NCBI RefSeq assembly: GCF_028641065.1
Contig: NC_073389.1
Span: forward strand, 40,734,132 to 40,798,000
Source: Leucoraja erinacea
Lineage: Eukaryota
Length of the DNA stretch: 63,869 nucleotides
Reading direction: 5' to 3'
The notes under the pieces are model-generated. The model worked only from the letters and a program-made list of their open reading frames with translations, was not told the DNA's origin and did no database searches. Shown here in pieces: positions 1 through 28,127 of this stretch (the stretch's first letter is position 1; each line of letters opens with the position of its first letter). Both the position numbers and the translations under genes were made by a program.

Positions 1-152
1 AGGAACGACTATTGGGCAAGTCATCCTTGCCCTCCTGGGACCGCCTCGGGTTATTTTTCAGCTTGTGGTGTGAATGCACTGTGTGGCCGCAGGGGGTGCT
101 GTGGGCGGTCTGCGCGTGCGCAGTCAGTCGGCGGGCGGGCGGGCGGACAGAG

Positions 153-15347
<15,195 letters not shown>

Positions 15348-16211
15348 AAACTGTTCACTTGAAGATGGGAAGTTGGAACATTGTGTTATAAGCAAAGTTC
15401 TGCATGTTGTGTTTTTCTGTGCCTGTTACGAAGAATCAAAAGTTTCACTTGGTGTCTTACTATGTGCCTTTTAGTAATACTGATAATTGTGCCTATTTCT
15501 TCACTCATTCACAATTGAGAAAATTACTTTCACATGTAACATGATAATCTAATTTCTCATATGTTAAAAAGAGTAAATATTCACTCAATTTTGGCATAAC
15601 ATTCATTGTAAGGTTATGACCTATATGATTTAATCTGTGGATAATGCGTGTTCATTTTAAACTAAGACCATATGTACTTTACTAGTGAAACATTGATTTT
15701 AGGTCTTTCAGAAATGCTGCTACAACTTTTGCAAATGTATTTCGGGATTTTGTGACAACGATGTCTTAAATTGAAGAAATTGAAAACACTTAAGGTTGAT
15801 CTTGCTGAAACATTTTTTTTCAACAGTGATTTTGGAGCTGTAACCTTATGACTTTAATTTTGCGATTGAAGCAAATTATTTTTGGTATTGACATTTTGTG
15901 GAGTGAAAGTATAGTTTATAGTATAGTAAGTATAGTATAGTTTTTTTTTTTACAAAACTGGCTAAGAAATTTTATTATCGATCATCTTGACAAATAATTT
16001 GTACTTTGTGCACCACTGAGTCAAAAAGAAAAATAATATCTGCAATGTAATGCTCCTGCAGTAAAAAATCAGCGATTACAAAGGGCTCACATCTGAAATA
16101 TAGGCAATGGTGCCTTCATTATGTCACTGTACGTCTTTTAACTATAGTGCACCACAATCAGATATGTCTTATGGAATCTAAGTGTCTTAACACATTTGAT
16201 ATTAATTATTT

Positions 16212-16512
16212 GGGGTGGTCACGGTGGCACAACAGTATTGTTGCTGCACCAGAGACCCGGGGTCGATCCCGACTACGGGTGCTGTCTGTACCGAGTTTGT
16301 ACGTTCCCCCCATGACCTGCATGGGTTTTCTTCAAGATCTTCGGTTTCCTCCCACGCTCCAAAGACGGTCAGGTTTGTAGGTTAATTGGCTTGGTAAATG
16401 TAAAAAATTGTCCCTAGTGGGTGTAGGATAGTGTTAATGTGTGGGGATCGCTGGTCGGCATGGACCCGGTGGGCCAAAGGGCTTGTTTCCGTGCTGTATC
16501 TCTAAACTAAAG
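16212..16512 (+). mobile_element. tRNA-derived SINE (HE1/V-SINE type), probably in SFT2D2 3' UTR
   Basis: A-box-like ggtggcacaacag, B-box-like gggtcgatccc, V-domain-like cggtttcctcccac..ccaaagac, LINE-type tail gtttccgtgctgtatctctaaactaaa. Confidence 0.8.
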
Positions 16513-18642
16513 GTGACAAGTGTGCCTTTCATATCAATATGATGTATGTCTAAATAAAAAAGAAATAATGCCCCTAAATATTGCCACTGTTTTGGTAAAT
16601 GAGGGCTGAAGATAACAAGATTGTATATAGATTGTCTTAGAATTCTTAATAGTTTTTACTCTAAGGATCAAAAATGCAAACTTTCGTGAGAGAAATTAAT
16701 AGATATTTTCATTAATACAAATGTTGAAGCACAGCTTGCTACCAGTTTACATTTATAACTGTTTAAATGTCACTGCAAATCTAACAAAATAGTTTAAAAT
16801 GTTAGGTGTTGAGTGAAGATTTTCCGATTTGATTATGAAGCTCTAAACTTTATAGAATTGTGGATGAAGTTCGATTAAGGGGAAAAAATTGAACTATTGG
16901 GGCCAATGTACGTTTTTCATTCTGAACAATGGCAAGAGACTAATGAATGTGGTTTATTCCAGAGATTTTTACATTGGCTTGTTGTAATACTAATCAAAAA
17001 TTAAATTGGAGATAATATAGGAAACCCAGGATGATATTTTTGTATGTGAACACTTGCTGTGAATGCTGTGTGGCTGTAACACACCAAGCACGGGGAAGTT
17101 GCTTTGTGGTTTTGGTGTTAATGCTTTTTTTTCCTTTTGCTTATTTGCTTTTTTTTTTTCCACCTCTTCCTATAATCTCTAATTTGTGGTTTTATGAGCT
17201 AACTTTAACAGTTTTCCATGTACAATCAGACATTTTTCCATGTCAATTTTGTAACAAATGGTCCACTTTTGAACACTGGATGCCTTTCTTAGAGTAGACA
17301 TGCATTTTGGGATTGTAATCATGTGCTTTGTTCACAACTAAAATCTCTTAACATTTTTATCTGCAGTAATACTTTTAGGATGTTTGCAGTTTCTATTCCA
17401 ACAGAGCATTTGAACGTTATATTACATTTTGTTTTTGAATGCTTCAGTCGTCATTTATGAATGAATTTACATTAAAAAACCGGCTTTCAAATGCACATTT
17501 CAAGCTCATTGAAGCAGATTGATTTTCTCTTCAGTTGAACCTTGAATAAATTTAAATTAAAAAAAAAAAAACTGCAGATGCTGGAAATATGAAATAAAAA
17601 CAGAAAATGCTAAAAACTTTCAGCAGGTCAGTCAGTGGAAAGAAAACAGCTAATGTTCCAAGTCCAAATCTCTTTGTGGAACTCTTTCCACAGATATGTC
17701 TGACCTGCAGATCATTTCCAGCATTTTCTGTTTTTATATTAATCCTTGATATTGCCTCCTTTATTCAACTTGGTTATCTTTAATTGCATATAGATATATG
17801 TTTTGTATGTGGAACAAAGGGGGAACGGAATTCCCTTATTCTTCTTTGCATTCAACCATGCCTCCTTGTGCAAATACAATGTTAAAATATAATTTGCTAT
17901 AAATATCATTTTTCAAAACCAAAAGTATGTATATGAGTGAAGTTGATTTTTTTTTAATGTTTCCCATGCCTTGTATGTGTTTCATTTGAACTTTTGTTGG
18001 AAATTATTTATGTTTAATGTTGCTGCAGCTCTGCCTGTTGAGGGAATTATTTCCCATGATGCAGTTTGTACTGATTATAAATGAAATTCCACTTGCACCA
18101 TTTTTCTAATTCAAAATTCCATCTGACTAAATTTTTCTGGAAGTCTTATTTTCAGTCTGTAATTATATTGCTATATAGCTCAAGAAAAAAAAGAACCATA
18201 CCCCAGAATGCCTGTCTCTTTCAATACCAGTTAATGGAAAGGTTGAGGAAGAAAATATTGTACTTTGTTAAGCTGTGACTCTGCATCTCCACTGGCATCT
18301 GCACGGACAGACTGTTGCTTTCAATCATAACTGCATCTATTCTAGATTTTGCACATTTAAAACAATGAAAGTTAGAGTATAAATTCATGTTAATGGCTAT
18401 ATTTATCGGTGTTAATTATGTACTAGTGCATATGTTGAAATTAGTTTTGTTTGTTCCCTGATATTGGTCAAAATGTTGACTTATATGGATTAATGTTTTA
18501 GTAACAGTGCAAAGTGCCAGCTAGTTCTTTGCAGAGTCTGCTTACAGGTATCTACGCTTTACATAAGTGTGTGCTAGCATGAACTGGTATCAACTCGTGT
18601 GGTTTGTCATTAAAATTGTTATCATGGCTTATGATTATTGTA

Positions 18643-18670
18643 ATAATAAAACATGTTTAATTGAAATAAA
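18643..18670 (+). other. Candidate SFT2D2 polyadenylation signals
   Basis: Two closely spaced AATAAA hexamers after a long AT-rich stretch following the stop; other AATAAA hexamers (e.g. about 16553) are alternatives. Confidence 0.35.
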
Positions 18671-18994
18671 ACAAAAGTTTCTTGGCAAAACCATTTGAAG
18701 CACCAAAAATAAAAACATTCTTCAAATACGTAAGACTGTGTTAGTAGGATATCACATTCTTGTGCAGAGCTTATTTTCATTTGTTGTAGAAGTGTTTCCA
18801 TTGACTAAGTCCATCTTCTATTTACCACTTGTGATTTCAGGAATTTAAAAGATCTAATGACACTGGGAAATAAAGCAACATGATGAAACGTTTCCAGTTT
18901 GTGATGGGTTTATGAACGACAATGGCAATATGCTCATGGAAGCTCAGTAGTAGTTTAATAGTGATTTAATTAATTGGTTTAATTATTTTTTTTT

Positions 18995-19355
18995 AATTTA
19001 AGTAAGCTTGGGAGCCGGGTAGGAATGATGGCCAGAAAATAGAAATGTGGGGGAGGAATGGGATAGGAACTGGTGGATGGGGGAGGGAAATGATGGGTAG
19101 ATGAAGGCAGTGATGGAAGGGATGGTAAAGCCGAGCAAAGGTAGAGCGAACCTGAGTGGGAAAGGAACATGGGGTATGGGTTACCTGAAATTGAATTTAT
19201 AGCGTTGGGTTCCATGAACTTGCGAGGGGTATATGTGGTGCTGTTCTTGTAGTTTGTGTTTGGCCTCATCGTGGCAGTGGAGAGGGCAAAGGATAGACCA
19301 GTCTGCAATAATGAGGAAAAAGGAGTAGAAATGACATGCATTTGGAAACTCGCAA
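18995..19355 (-). mobile_element. Penelope-like element GIY-YIG endonuclease C-terminus and 3' region, degenerate
   Basis: ORF 19181..19432 ACHFYS...DWSILCPLHCHDEAKHKLQEQHHIY resembles the PLE Uri-domain end (A.HFNS...D.S.LGL.HC..EA.RKLEEQHLIF). Confidence 0.7.
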
Positions 19356-20129
19356 TGACTGTTACGAATAGAGCACAAATTCGTTGAAAACTTGCCTTTT
19401 CCATCTGGCTTTTTTAATTCTCCTGCTGTCATCCTGGCTCTATCTGCCTGCTATTTTCCCCACCCCCATCTGTTTCTGTCTCTCCCCTGGCACCTCTTGT
19501 CGCACTCATCCCCTGCACTTCTCTGTTCCTCTTAGCTGTCCCTACCAGTCCTAATGCAGAATGTCGACCTGACATGTGTCGCATCACATTTGATCTACAA
19601 ACGCCTTTCATCAGAACTCTGAAATGAAAACTAGAACGTGAAGGTACAAGAGTTCTAATGAAAGGTCTTTGACCCAAAACGTCTGTTTCATTTCAGACAA
19701 AAGATAATTGACCTGATAAATTATTCCAGCGCTTTTTGCTTCACATGTACATTACTGTCCCGCTGAGTTACTCCAGCTTTTTGTGTCTATCTTTATTTTA
19801 TTTTTAAAAAGGTACTAAGCAGAAGCTATGATGCATGGTCATCTGCATGCTGAACAGGAGAAGCAAACACATAACTAATGGATCAGATCAACACCCTGCG
19901 GTCCTACCACAACATGAAAAGCTATTGTCATTGAAGTAACTATCGAGAACAGGCTGTTTCATGGGAGTTCCCATGTTCAAAGAGAGTGGAGCCCTGCAAA
20001 TGAAAGCAACAAGTGAGACATACATCGTGGCAACCACTTCGTTGAGTAAACTGCCCCCTTCTGATTCTCCCAGCACTGTTAAATCCAAATTAAGACAATG
20101 GGGTGAATTCTCCTCACATGATCTCAAAA

Positions 20130-20770
20130 AAGATGTGTATTGTCATAACGTTTATGAAGCTTTTGGACAGGTACATAGAAAGGATAGGATTAAAGAGATA
20201 TGGGCCAAATGCAGTACGCTTGCGTTCATATTGGGTATGAGTTGGGATGTTGCGTTACGGTTGCATAGAACACTGGTCAGACAACATTTAAGAGTATCGT
20301 CTACTATTCTGGCTGAAACCAACAGGAAGGATATACCGATAGAAAGCAGAAGAGATTCACCAGAATGTTGCTTGGAATGAAGGGCTGCACAGTTGCTATA
20401 AGGAGAGATTGGATAGGTTGGTTTATTCTCATTGGAATGTCGGAGACTGAGAGGTGACTTTATAGAAGTTTACAAAATTATGAAGGGCATAAATGGGATA
20501 GAGAGCCAGAATCTTATTCGCAGTGCACAGAAATCTAGAAAGTGGGGAACAGGTTTAAAGTAAGAGGGGAGACATTTAAAGGAGCTTTGAGGGAAGGGTT
20601 TTCACACAGGGCTAGTGAATATATCTGGAACAAGCTGCCAGAGGAGGTGGTGGGCACTGTTGCATTTCCATGTTTAAGAGGCATTTGGATAGGAAATTTA
20701 TAGAGGGATATGTGCATAGATAGACATAATGGTTGGCATTGACAAGGTGTACTTTTCCACGATTCTATCA
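20130..20770 (+). mobile_element. Old CR1-clade LINE fragments
   Basis: Degenerate LHRTLVRQHL, RRFTRMLLG, RRLRGDFIEVYKIM motifs. Confidence 0.7.
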
Positions 20771-22864
20771 ATAGTATAACCATCACGACACTTCAAAAGC
20801 AATTTTACTTTGGTATCAAACAATGAATAACTTATTATGTTTATTAGATGGATCAATGGGATCCTGTTAAAGAGATAACACCATTCAGAGATTTCACCAA
20901 CTGAATTTATTTTAAGCGATTGGTTCCGCAGAAAACGTTCAAATTTAACCAATCGCTACAGCAATAAGTCTTTGGTGAGCCATTTAATATTCTCTAATCC
21001 TAAATCACAACCTATCTGTGATTAAAAGCACGATGAGACAGATGGCTATTTTAGTAATTCAATTATATCTTCACCTTGTCCAAAGCAGCATGCTGCTTGA
21101 GGTTGTCAACAATATTGTACAGAGGAGGAGATTGAGTTTCTTGGAGATTAGGTTTCTGCAGGCTTCTGGTACATTCAGGACACTTTTCTGCTTCAAATGG
21201 TTTGGATAATATACAGGAGATGGAAATATTAGTCAACTGTCTCATTTAGATTTCAGCTGATGTGCTGATTTTGTGCAGAATTATGAGGACAAAGAACAAA
21301 ACAGGACGATCATATGTCAGCTAGGAGGCTGACAGTTAATACCTTTCCTTAGTTATTTAAAGCACCTGTCGACACTTTTAAATTAAGTTTAAATGAGAAC
21401 CTGAGGTTTAAAATACAAAACTTAGTACATTTGTTAGTGTAAATACTAATCATCCTTATTAAAATTAAGATTTTATTTTACTTTTTTTCCCATTGAGTTC
21501 CTAATTTGATTGGATTCAGAATATAAAGTGTTGTTGTGTATGACATATAGCAAATGTGTACAAAGCTAATTCACTGATTTTTGGCCACTGGCTCTAGTTA
21601 CATTTATTAGTAGCGGCATGAAGGAAAAAAATCAGGAAAGCAAGTTAGATATAAGTGTTGGGCGACATGATATGAAGTGACTGTTAATGCAATGCTTTAG
21701 TAAAGTTTAGTTTTGTGAACATTTTTAGATACCAGACATTTCTTACATGCAAGAATGTGCAGTTGATATTTAAGCAGAATGTTGAGGTAATGTTCAACAG
21801 TGGCATCACCACATCTTGTATTGCAAATGTCAGGATGATTTATTTCTTTGTTCTAAAGCCACGAATATGACATTTAAGTAGACACACCAGGTGTGGCATG
21901 ACGGGTGAGATTGGGTGATTGCAGCTTTGTAGGTTAGGCAGATTGTTCCCAGGTGCTGTGGAAACGAACCAATAATGTGTAGAGAAGGGTTTTCATGATT
22001 TTAAAGGCTTGAACTGTATTTCTTACCAATTTATTTATCTTTGTTGCTGCAATTTCATAGGTTTTCCAGCTTTATTGCGAAATTGTATTTTCAAACGTGT
22101 AAATTGATGTATAAATAACCAAAGTAACTGGAGAGAATTAAGTGAATCCAGAGCCAATATTTTAATGAAAGATATTTGGTGAACAGGGACAAGGTACTAA
22201 CACAATAAGCAGAGACTGGTACAGCATACACAGAATTCTTATGTTTTCCACTGAACTTGCATTTGGGGTTACTTTAGCCCACTTTCTTCTTACTTGAAGA
22301 TATAAGAGAATTGTCTTTCTACTCTGATATAATTGTATTGAAGAGAAAAACCTGGGTTCCGTTAGAAAACCAGAACAGTACAACTGTGGAGTGAATAGTG
22401 TTCAAGGCTTATGACTAATGTAGAGTAAATGTTGCTCATGTTAATTGGATATTCCATATCCCATGGAACTGGTAAGTCAGAAGGCACTATTTTGCTGTTA
22501 TATGTCCACCAATCAGACTGTCTGGGCATTGTGCCCAATTTTAGTTTCCAAGTGAATGATATACTGGCATTGGGAACAATTCCCCAAATTAACTATGTAC
22601 CCAGAAGACATAAGCATGATTCTTCTCTGAATTTTGTCGTCCCAAGTTTAGCTTTGGCTTATTCATTTCAGAGCTGCATTTGCATTATGTATCAGCTTAC
22701 TAAACGTTAATTAAATACTTAAGACATCAAGACATAATATAATATTCAAAAACCAATGAATCTGAACTATGGACGTTAAGCTATGCTTCTTTAATCATGG
22801 GTCGTGAGGCTCTGGTGTACATAGCCAACTGGTGTCGTATGTGCTCTGTAACCCTTTAAATGTA

Positions 22865-23800
22865 GGCTTGCAAAATTATTGACTGGGGCAGACATTGCAG
22901 AAGACAATGAATCCTTGCATCCCAGGGTACTTAAGGAAATGGCTCTAGAAATCGTGGATGCATTGGTGATCATTTTCCAATGTCCTATAGAATCAGGATC
23001 AGTTCCTGTGGATTGGAGGGTACTAATTTGATCTCACTTTTTTAAAAATGCGGGAGAGAAAACAGGGAATTATAGACCAGTTAGCCTGACATTGGTAGTG
23101 GGGAAGATGCTGGAGTCAATCATAAAAGATGAAATAGCGACACATTTGGATAGCAGTAACAGGATCGGTCCAAGATTTACGAAGGGAAAATCATACTTGA
23201 CTAATCTTCTGGAATTATTTGAGGATGTAACTAGGAAATTGGACAAGGGAGAGCCATGGATTTAGTGTACCTGGACTTTCAGAAAGCATTTGATAAGGTC
23301 CCACATAGGAGGTTAGTGGGAAAAATTAGGGCACATAGTATTGGGGGATGAGTGTTGACATGGATAGAAAATTGGTTGGCAGACAGGAAACAGAGTAGGG
23401 ATTAACGGGTCCCTTTCAGAATGGCAGGCAGTGACTAGTGGGGTACCGCAAGGCTCGGTGCTGGAACTGCAGCTATTTACAATATACATCAATGATTTAG
23501 ATGAAGGGATTCAAAGTAATATTTGCAAATTTGCAGATGACACAAAGCTGGGTGATCTGTGAGGAGGATGCTCTGAGAATGCAGGGTGACTTGGACAGGT
23601 TGAGTGAGTGGACAGATGCATGTTAGATGCAGTTTAATGTGGATACATGTGACGTTATCCACTGGTAGCAAAAACAGGAAGGCAGATTATTATCTAAACG
23701 GTGTCAAATTGGGAAAAGGGGAAGTACAACGGGATCTGGGGGTCCTTGTTTGCCAGCCAATGAAAGTAAGCATGCAGGTACAGCAGGCAGTGAAGAAAGC
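22865..23800 (+). mobile_element. CR1-clade LINE ORF2 RT fragment
   Basis: Readable motifs [39 protein letters not shown], with stops and frameshifts. Confidence 0.88.
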
Positions 23801-24014
23801 GAAGGTGGACAAAAATGCTGGAGAAACTCAGTGGGCGAGGCAACATCTATGGAGCGAAGGATTAGGTGACGTTTCGGGTCGAGACCCTGAAGAAGGCCAA
23901 AACTGCAACCTGTATCTAGGTGACTGTGAACTGCTGAAAATCACTTCTATGTACTGTGGGCCAGAAGGTGTATCTGCGACAGTGGAATTGTGCTTGGAAC
24001 AGCAATTATCGTAT

Positions 24015-24245
24015 ATTTCAGAACTCCACTCATTACACTGTTATAGATCTATGCAATGCATTTTTTTCCATGCCCATTCACCCTGACAGCCAATACCCAT
24101 TTGCCTTCACTTACAATACACCTGGACCCGATTACCCTAAGGCTACACAGAAACTCCTACCATATTCTCAGGGGCATTCCAACGGCACCTCGAAAACTTA
24201 TTTTCTAAAGGATCGGTTCAATATGTAGATTATCTTCTTTAACCT
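24015..24245 (+). mobile_element. Endogenous retrovirus pol (RT) relic, class I-like
   Basis: YTVIDLCNAFFSMPIHPDSQYPFAFTY, then after a frameshift QYTWTRLP*GYTETPTIFS...QYVDYLL (degenerate LPQG and YVDD). Confidence 0.8.
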
Positions 24246-24390
24246 CTCCCAACCTGGCTCTCAACACCAGCAAAACCAAGGAACTGACTGTGGACTGGAA
24301 GGGGTAGGATAGGGACCCACAATCCCGTTTATATCAATGGGACGATGGTGGAAAGGGACAAAAACTTCAAATTCATGGGCGTGCATATCT

Positions 24391-25302
24391 CAAAGTCAAT
24401 TCAAAGTCATTTTTTTTATTAGCCACATGCACATCACATCCCGTGAAATGAATTTGCCAGCAGCGATACACTTAAAAAGAACCCAATACAATAAAAATTT
24501 AACACAAACATCCACCACAGCATTCTTCACTGTGGTGAAAGGCAACAAAGTTCAGTCAGTCCTCGTTTGTTCACCCACGGTCGGGGCCATAGACCCTCTG
24601 TAGTCACTGCTGCAGACGGCCCAATGTACAGGCGGTGGAACACACTGTACATCGGAGGTGTTTGGTGCTTGGAGGTCCCGAATCGGCACTTTCCTACTGG
24701 AGTCCGTGGCTTCAGGATGTTATAGGCCACAAGCCGGCGATCGGAGCTCTTCTTGGCGATCCCCGGCGAGGTATCCCAGGCTCCGGATGGTAAGTCCACG
24801 CCCCACCCGCGGCTAGAAGCTCCGCAGACCGCGGCTTCAGGATGTTATAAGCCACAAGCCGGCGATCGGAACTCTTCTCGGCGATCCCCAGCAAGGGATC
24901 CCAGGCTCTGGATGGTAAGTCCACGCCCTTGGCTAGAAGCTCCGCGGGCCACAGTCCCCATGGTGCCAAAGTCACCAGGCCAGCGATCAGAGCACTCCAC
25001 TCTGATGACCCCCCGGCAAGGGTTCGCCCGCTCCGCGATGGAAAGTCCACGTTGCGCCTGCTGCCGATGGTCCGCGCCCGAATCCAGGAAAGGCCGCTCC
25101 AATCCACGGTGTTAGGCTGGGAGGGAATCGACATGGAAAAAGTTGACTCTCCGTGGAGGAGGTGGCCGAAAGCAGTTTTCCCCAACACCCCCCACATAAG
25201 ACGTAGCGAGAGACAACCAAACCAACACTAGACACACCAAAAAAAGTAGAAATAACGAGCACGCTGCTGGCAGGGCAGCCATATCGCAGCGCCCCTACCG
25301 AC
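24391..25302 (-). mobile_element. GC-rich non-autonomous retroposon with internal tandem repeats of about 120 bp
   Basis: Interrupts the Rex1-like LINE; minus-strand AATAAA and (TTTGA)-type tail at left end; near-identical units at about 24708-24830 and 24833-24947; shares a motif with 46341-47183. Confidence 0.65.
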
Positions 25303-25546
25303 CTCTCTTCCGAAGATTCTTTCCTGGTCCCAGCACACTAATGTAATTATAAAGACGGCACATCAGCGCCTCTACATCTTGAGAAGATTACGGAGAGTCG
25401 GTATGTCAAGGAGGACTCTCTTGCACTTCGACAGGTGCACAGTAGAGAGCATACTGACTGGCTGCATCGTGGCCTGGTACGGCAACTTGAACGTCCAGTA
25501 GTGGAAAAGAATGCAGAAAGTTGTGACCACTGCCCAGTCCATCACC

Positions 25547-25742
25547 AGCATCTCTGGATAGAAGGAATGGGTGAAGTTTTGGGTCGAGACCCTTCATCAG
25601 ACAGGCTTCAGTCTGAAGAAAGGTCTCGACCCAAAACGTCACCCATTCCTTCTTTCTAGAGATGCTGCCTGTCCCGCTGAGTTACTCCAGCATTTTGTGT
25701 CTATCTTCAGTTTAAACCAGCATCTGTAGTTCCTTCCTACGC
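25547..25742. mobile_element. Head-to-head palindromic Penelope-derived repeat with two hammerhead-like cores (25573-25600 minus, 25613-25640 plus)
   Basis: gaaggaatgggtgaagttttgggtcgagacccttcatcag...ctgaagaaaggtctcgacccaaaacgtcacccattccttc. Confidence 0.75.
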
Positions 25743-26502
25743 AGGGCATCTTCCTTGGAGGGCATCTACCACACACGGTGCCTCAGGAAGGCCGTCAGCA
25801 TCCATAAAGACTCCTCACACCCTTGTAATGGACTGTTCAAACTACTTCCTTCCGGCAGACGTTACAAGGCCTTCTACGCCCAAACCTCCAGACTCAGGAA
25901 CAGCTTCATTCCCAGAGCTATAGCGGCTCTGAACCGGCCCTGCTGAGTGCCCCCCACCCCCCCTGGACTGTCTCCCTCGGATGGTCACGTCAAACAGACA
26001 CATCTGCACTTTAATCCGTTGAATTGTTTTGACTATTTTACTGTTCTTTTTACAAACCATGTTCTCGGGATATCTAAATCTAAATGTTAATAGTTATTTA
26101 TGTTATGACATTGGATGGAGGCTGCATACCAAATCTCATTGCGCTTATGTGCAATGACAATAAAATATATTATTATTATTATTATTATGCATTTTATCTG
26201 TTTTGTATGTTCTTCTCCCTGGAGCCTTTGATTCAGTTGGTGTGCAGTTAATCTATTGATATTTTGTCATAGATCTGGATTGCAATTTGCTCTGGATGTC
26301 AAAAGATACATTCACTATTGACACAGGAATTCCTCAAATAGATATGAGGTGAATTATAATACTGAACAATTCATTCTTATTCTGGCTAATCTACTATAAG
26401 TGCAAAGTTGCACCATCTAATACATGACATGTGACATTTCAACATATGCTCTATTAACTGTAATGTGTCACTTTATCCATTATGAATATATATCATTATG
26501 GA

Positions 26503-26835
26503 TAACCATATAACCATATAACAATTACAGCACGGAAACAGGCCATCTCGACCCTTCTAGTCCGTGCCGAACACATAACCTCCCCTAGTCCCATATACCT
26601 GCGCTCAGACCATAACCCTCCATTCCCTCCCATCCATATAACTATCCAATTTATTTTTAAATGATAAAAACGAACCTGCCTCCACCACATTCACTGGAAG
26701 CTCATTCCACACAGCTACCACTCTCTGAGTAAAGAAGTTCCCCCTCAAACTTCAGTCCCTTAATTCTCAAGTCATGTCCCCTTGTTTGAATCTTCCCTAC
26801 TCTCAGTGGGAAAAGCTTTTCCACGTCAACTCTGT
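26503..26835 (-). mobile_element. CR1-clade LINE 3' end with (TTATATGG)n tail
   Basis: taaccatataaccatataacaattacagcacggaaacaggcc; same tail remnant at about 8000-8060. Confidence 0.75.
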
Positions 26836-28127
26836 AGTGTCTGTAGTTGTCAGTGTGCTCAACTCTGTAGATGTCAACTCTGTAGATGTCAGTGTGCTTT
26901 TATTTTTAGGAACTTTTTAAAAACTTAACACAATCTAAGTTTCATAGCATTGTAAAAATTGCAAAAATATTTAAAAGATGATTGTGAATAAATCGCCCGC
27001 GTATTCTCAGATGGTTATGGAAGAACATTTCCGATTATGGTTTGCAAGTCAAATTTGAATAAGTGTATAGGGATTATAAAACCGTGCATATAAAAACAAC
27101 CTGATAGTTCTGATCCTCGCGAGTAGACACGAAATCTGGAGCAAAAATTAAGTACATCTCCCAAGGTAGTATAAGGACACAAAACCAAAGAATCTGGTTG
27201 GAAATGGCCTGAACTCATCCCAGTGCCTGTCAGATGCTGTTTCTGACCCCTTTATATTCTGATGGGAGACTATCGACTTAAACACCAACCTCGCTCGATC
27301 ACTTACTGAGTACACGCGGAGTGGTCTGGTTGGTTTTATTTGAAATAAATGCATGTTGGTTGCATAGGTTTTTTTTAAATTTCACTTAATATTTTTAGTT
27401 TTGAATTATGTCCCCAAGATAAATTACTCTATTGTGCAGAAAACTAGGCAGTTAATACTTAGGCAGCTAATTGGTGATTTGTAGCGGGGAAAGAAAATCC
27501 CATTTCACGTGTTCTTTCCGTAATCTCCTAGCTTTGTGAAAAATAATGAAGACTCGTTGGTACGGATGAATCGCTAATACGGCAGAGCACGGTTAGAAAA
27601 GGTAAAGTAATCACAGGTGACCCGGAGAGGAAGAGCAACCTGAAAATGAACAACAATGTCAGAGAATTGAGAGCATAAGTCGGCAGATGCTCTTTAGATG
27701 AACTGGCGGAAAAATAATTAAAATGGAATCACAGCCTGAAGTCAACTCAGTGCACTGAACTACTTACAATGTAATCTTGAATGGGTACGGTGATAATATA
27801 GCACGAACAATATCAATGTATATCGGTAAATAATTGACTGGAAAGATCCTGATTTTCAATAGTCCTTTGACATTTGGGAAAAATAGTTAACACTTGTATT
27901 GCCTCTAATTTCTGCATTGAAGTCTGTGCTGGAAACCAATATAAACAACAGTTCCCGGACAAAACAAAGTAAATCTCGAAGATAGTTTAATTTCGGCCAC
28001 TATGATAAAAAATAAACGACAATTCTCCACAACACCGAAAGGTAAAGGGTGTATTTAAAATTATGCCGCTGATTGATTCTAAACTGAGAGAATAATGGTC
28101 GAGACTTGTATTTTCAAACATCATGTA

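Larger units (their letters stand above)
24250..26190 (+). mobile_element. Rex1/Babar-like LINE 3' region, interrupted by two younger insertions
   Basis: KTKEL.VD, ING..VER..NFKF.GVHIS at 24270-24390, resuming at about 25305 (HQRLY.LRRLRR, RCTVESILTGCI.AW.GN), then DSSHPCNGLFKLLPSGRRY...RLRNSFIPRAI and an AATAAA+(TTA)n tail. Confidence 0.75.

Noticed and set aside
16212-16290. tRNA gene
   Set aside because: A/B-box-like head continues into SINE body and LINE-like tail; no intact cloverleaf
24527-25262. Cluster of 85-161 aa ORFs on both strands (likewise 46365-47074)
   Set aside because: GC-rich repeat interiors with few stops; no protein motifs
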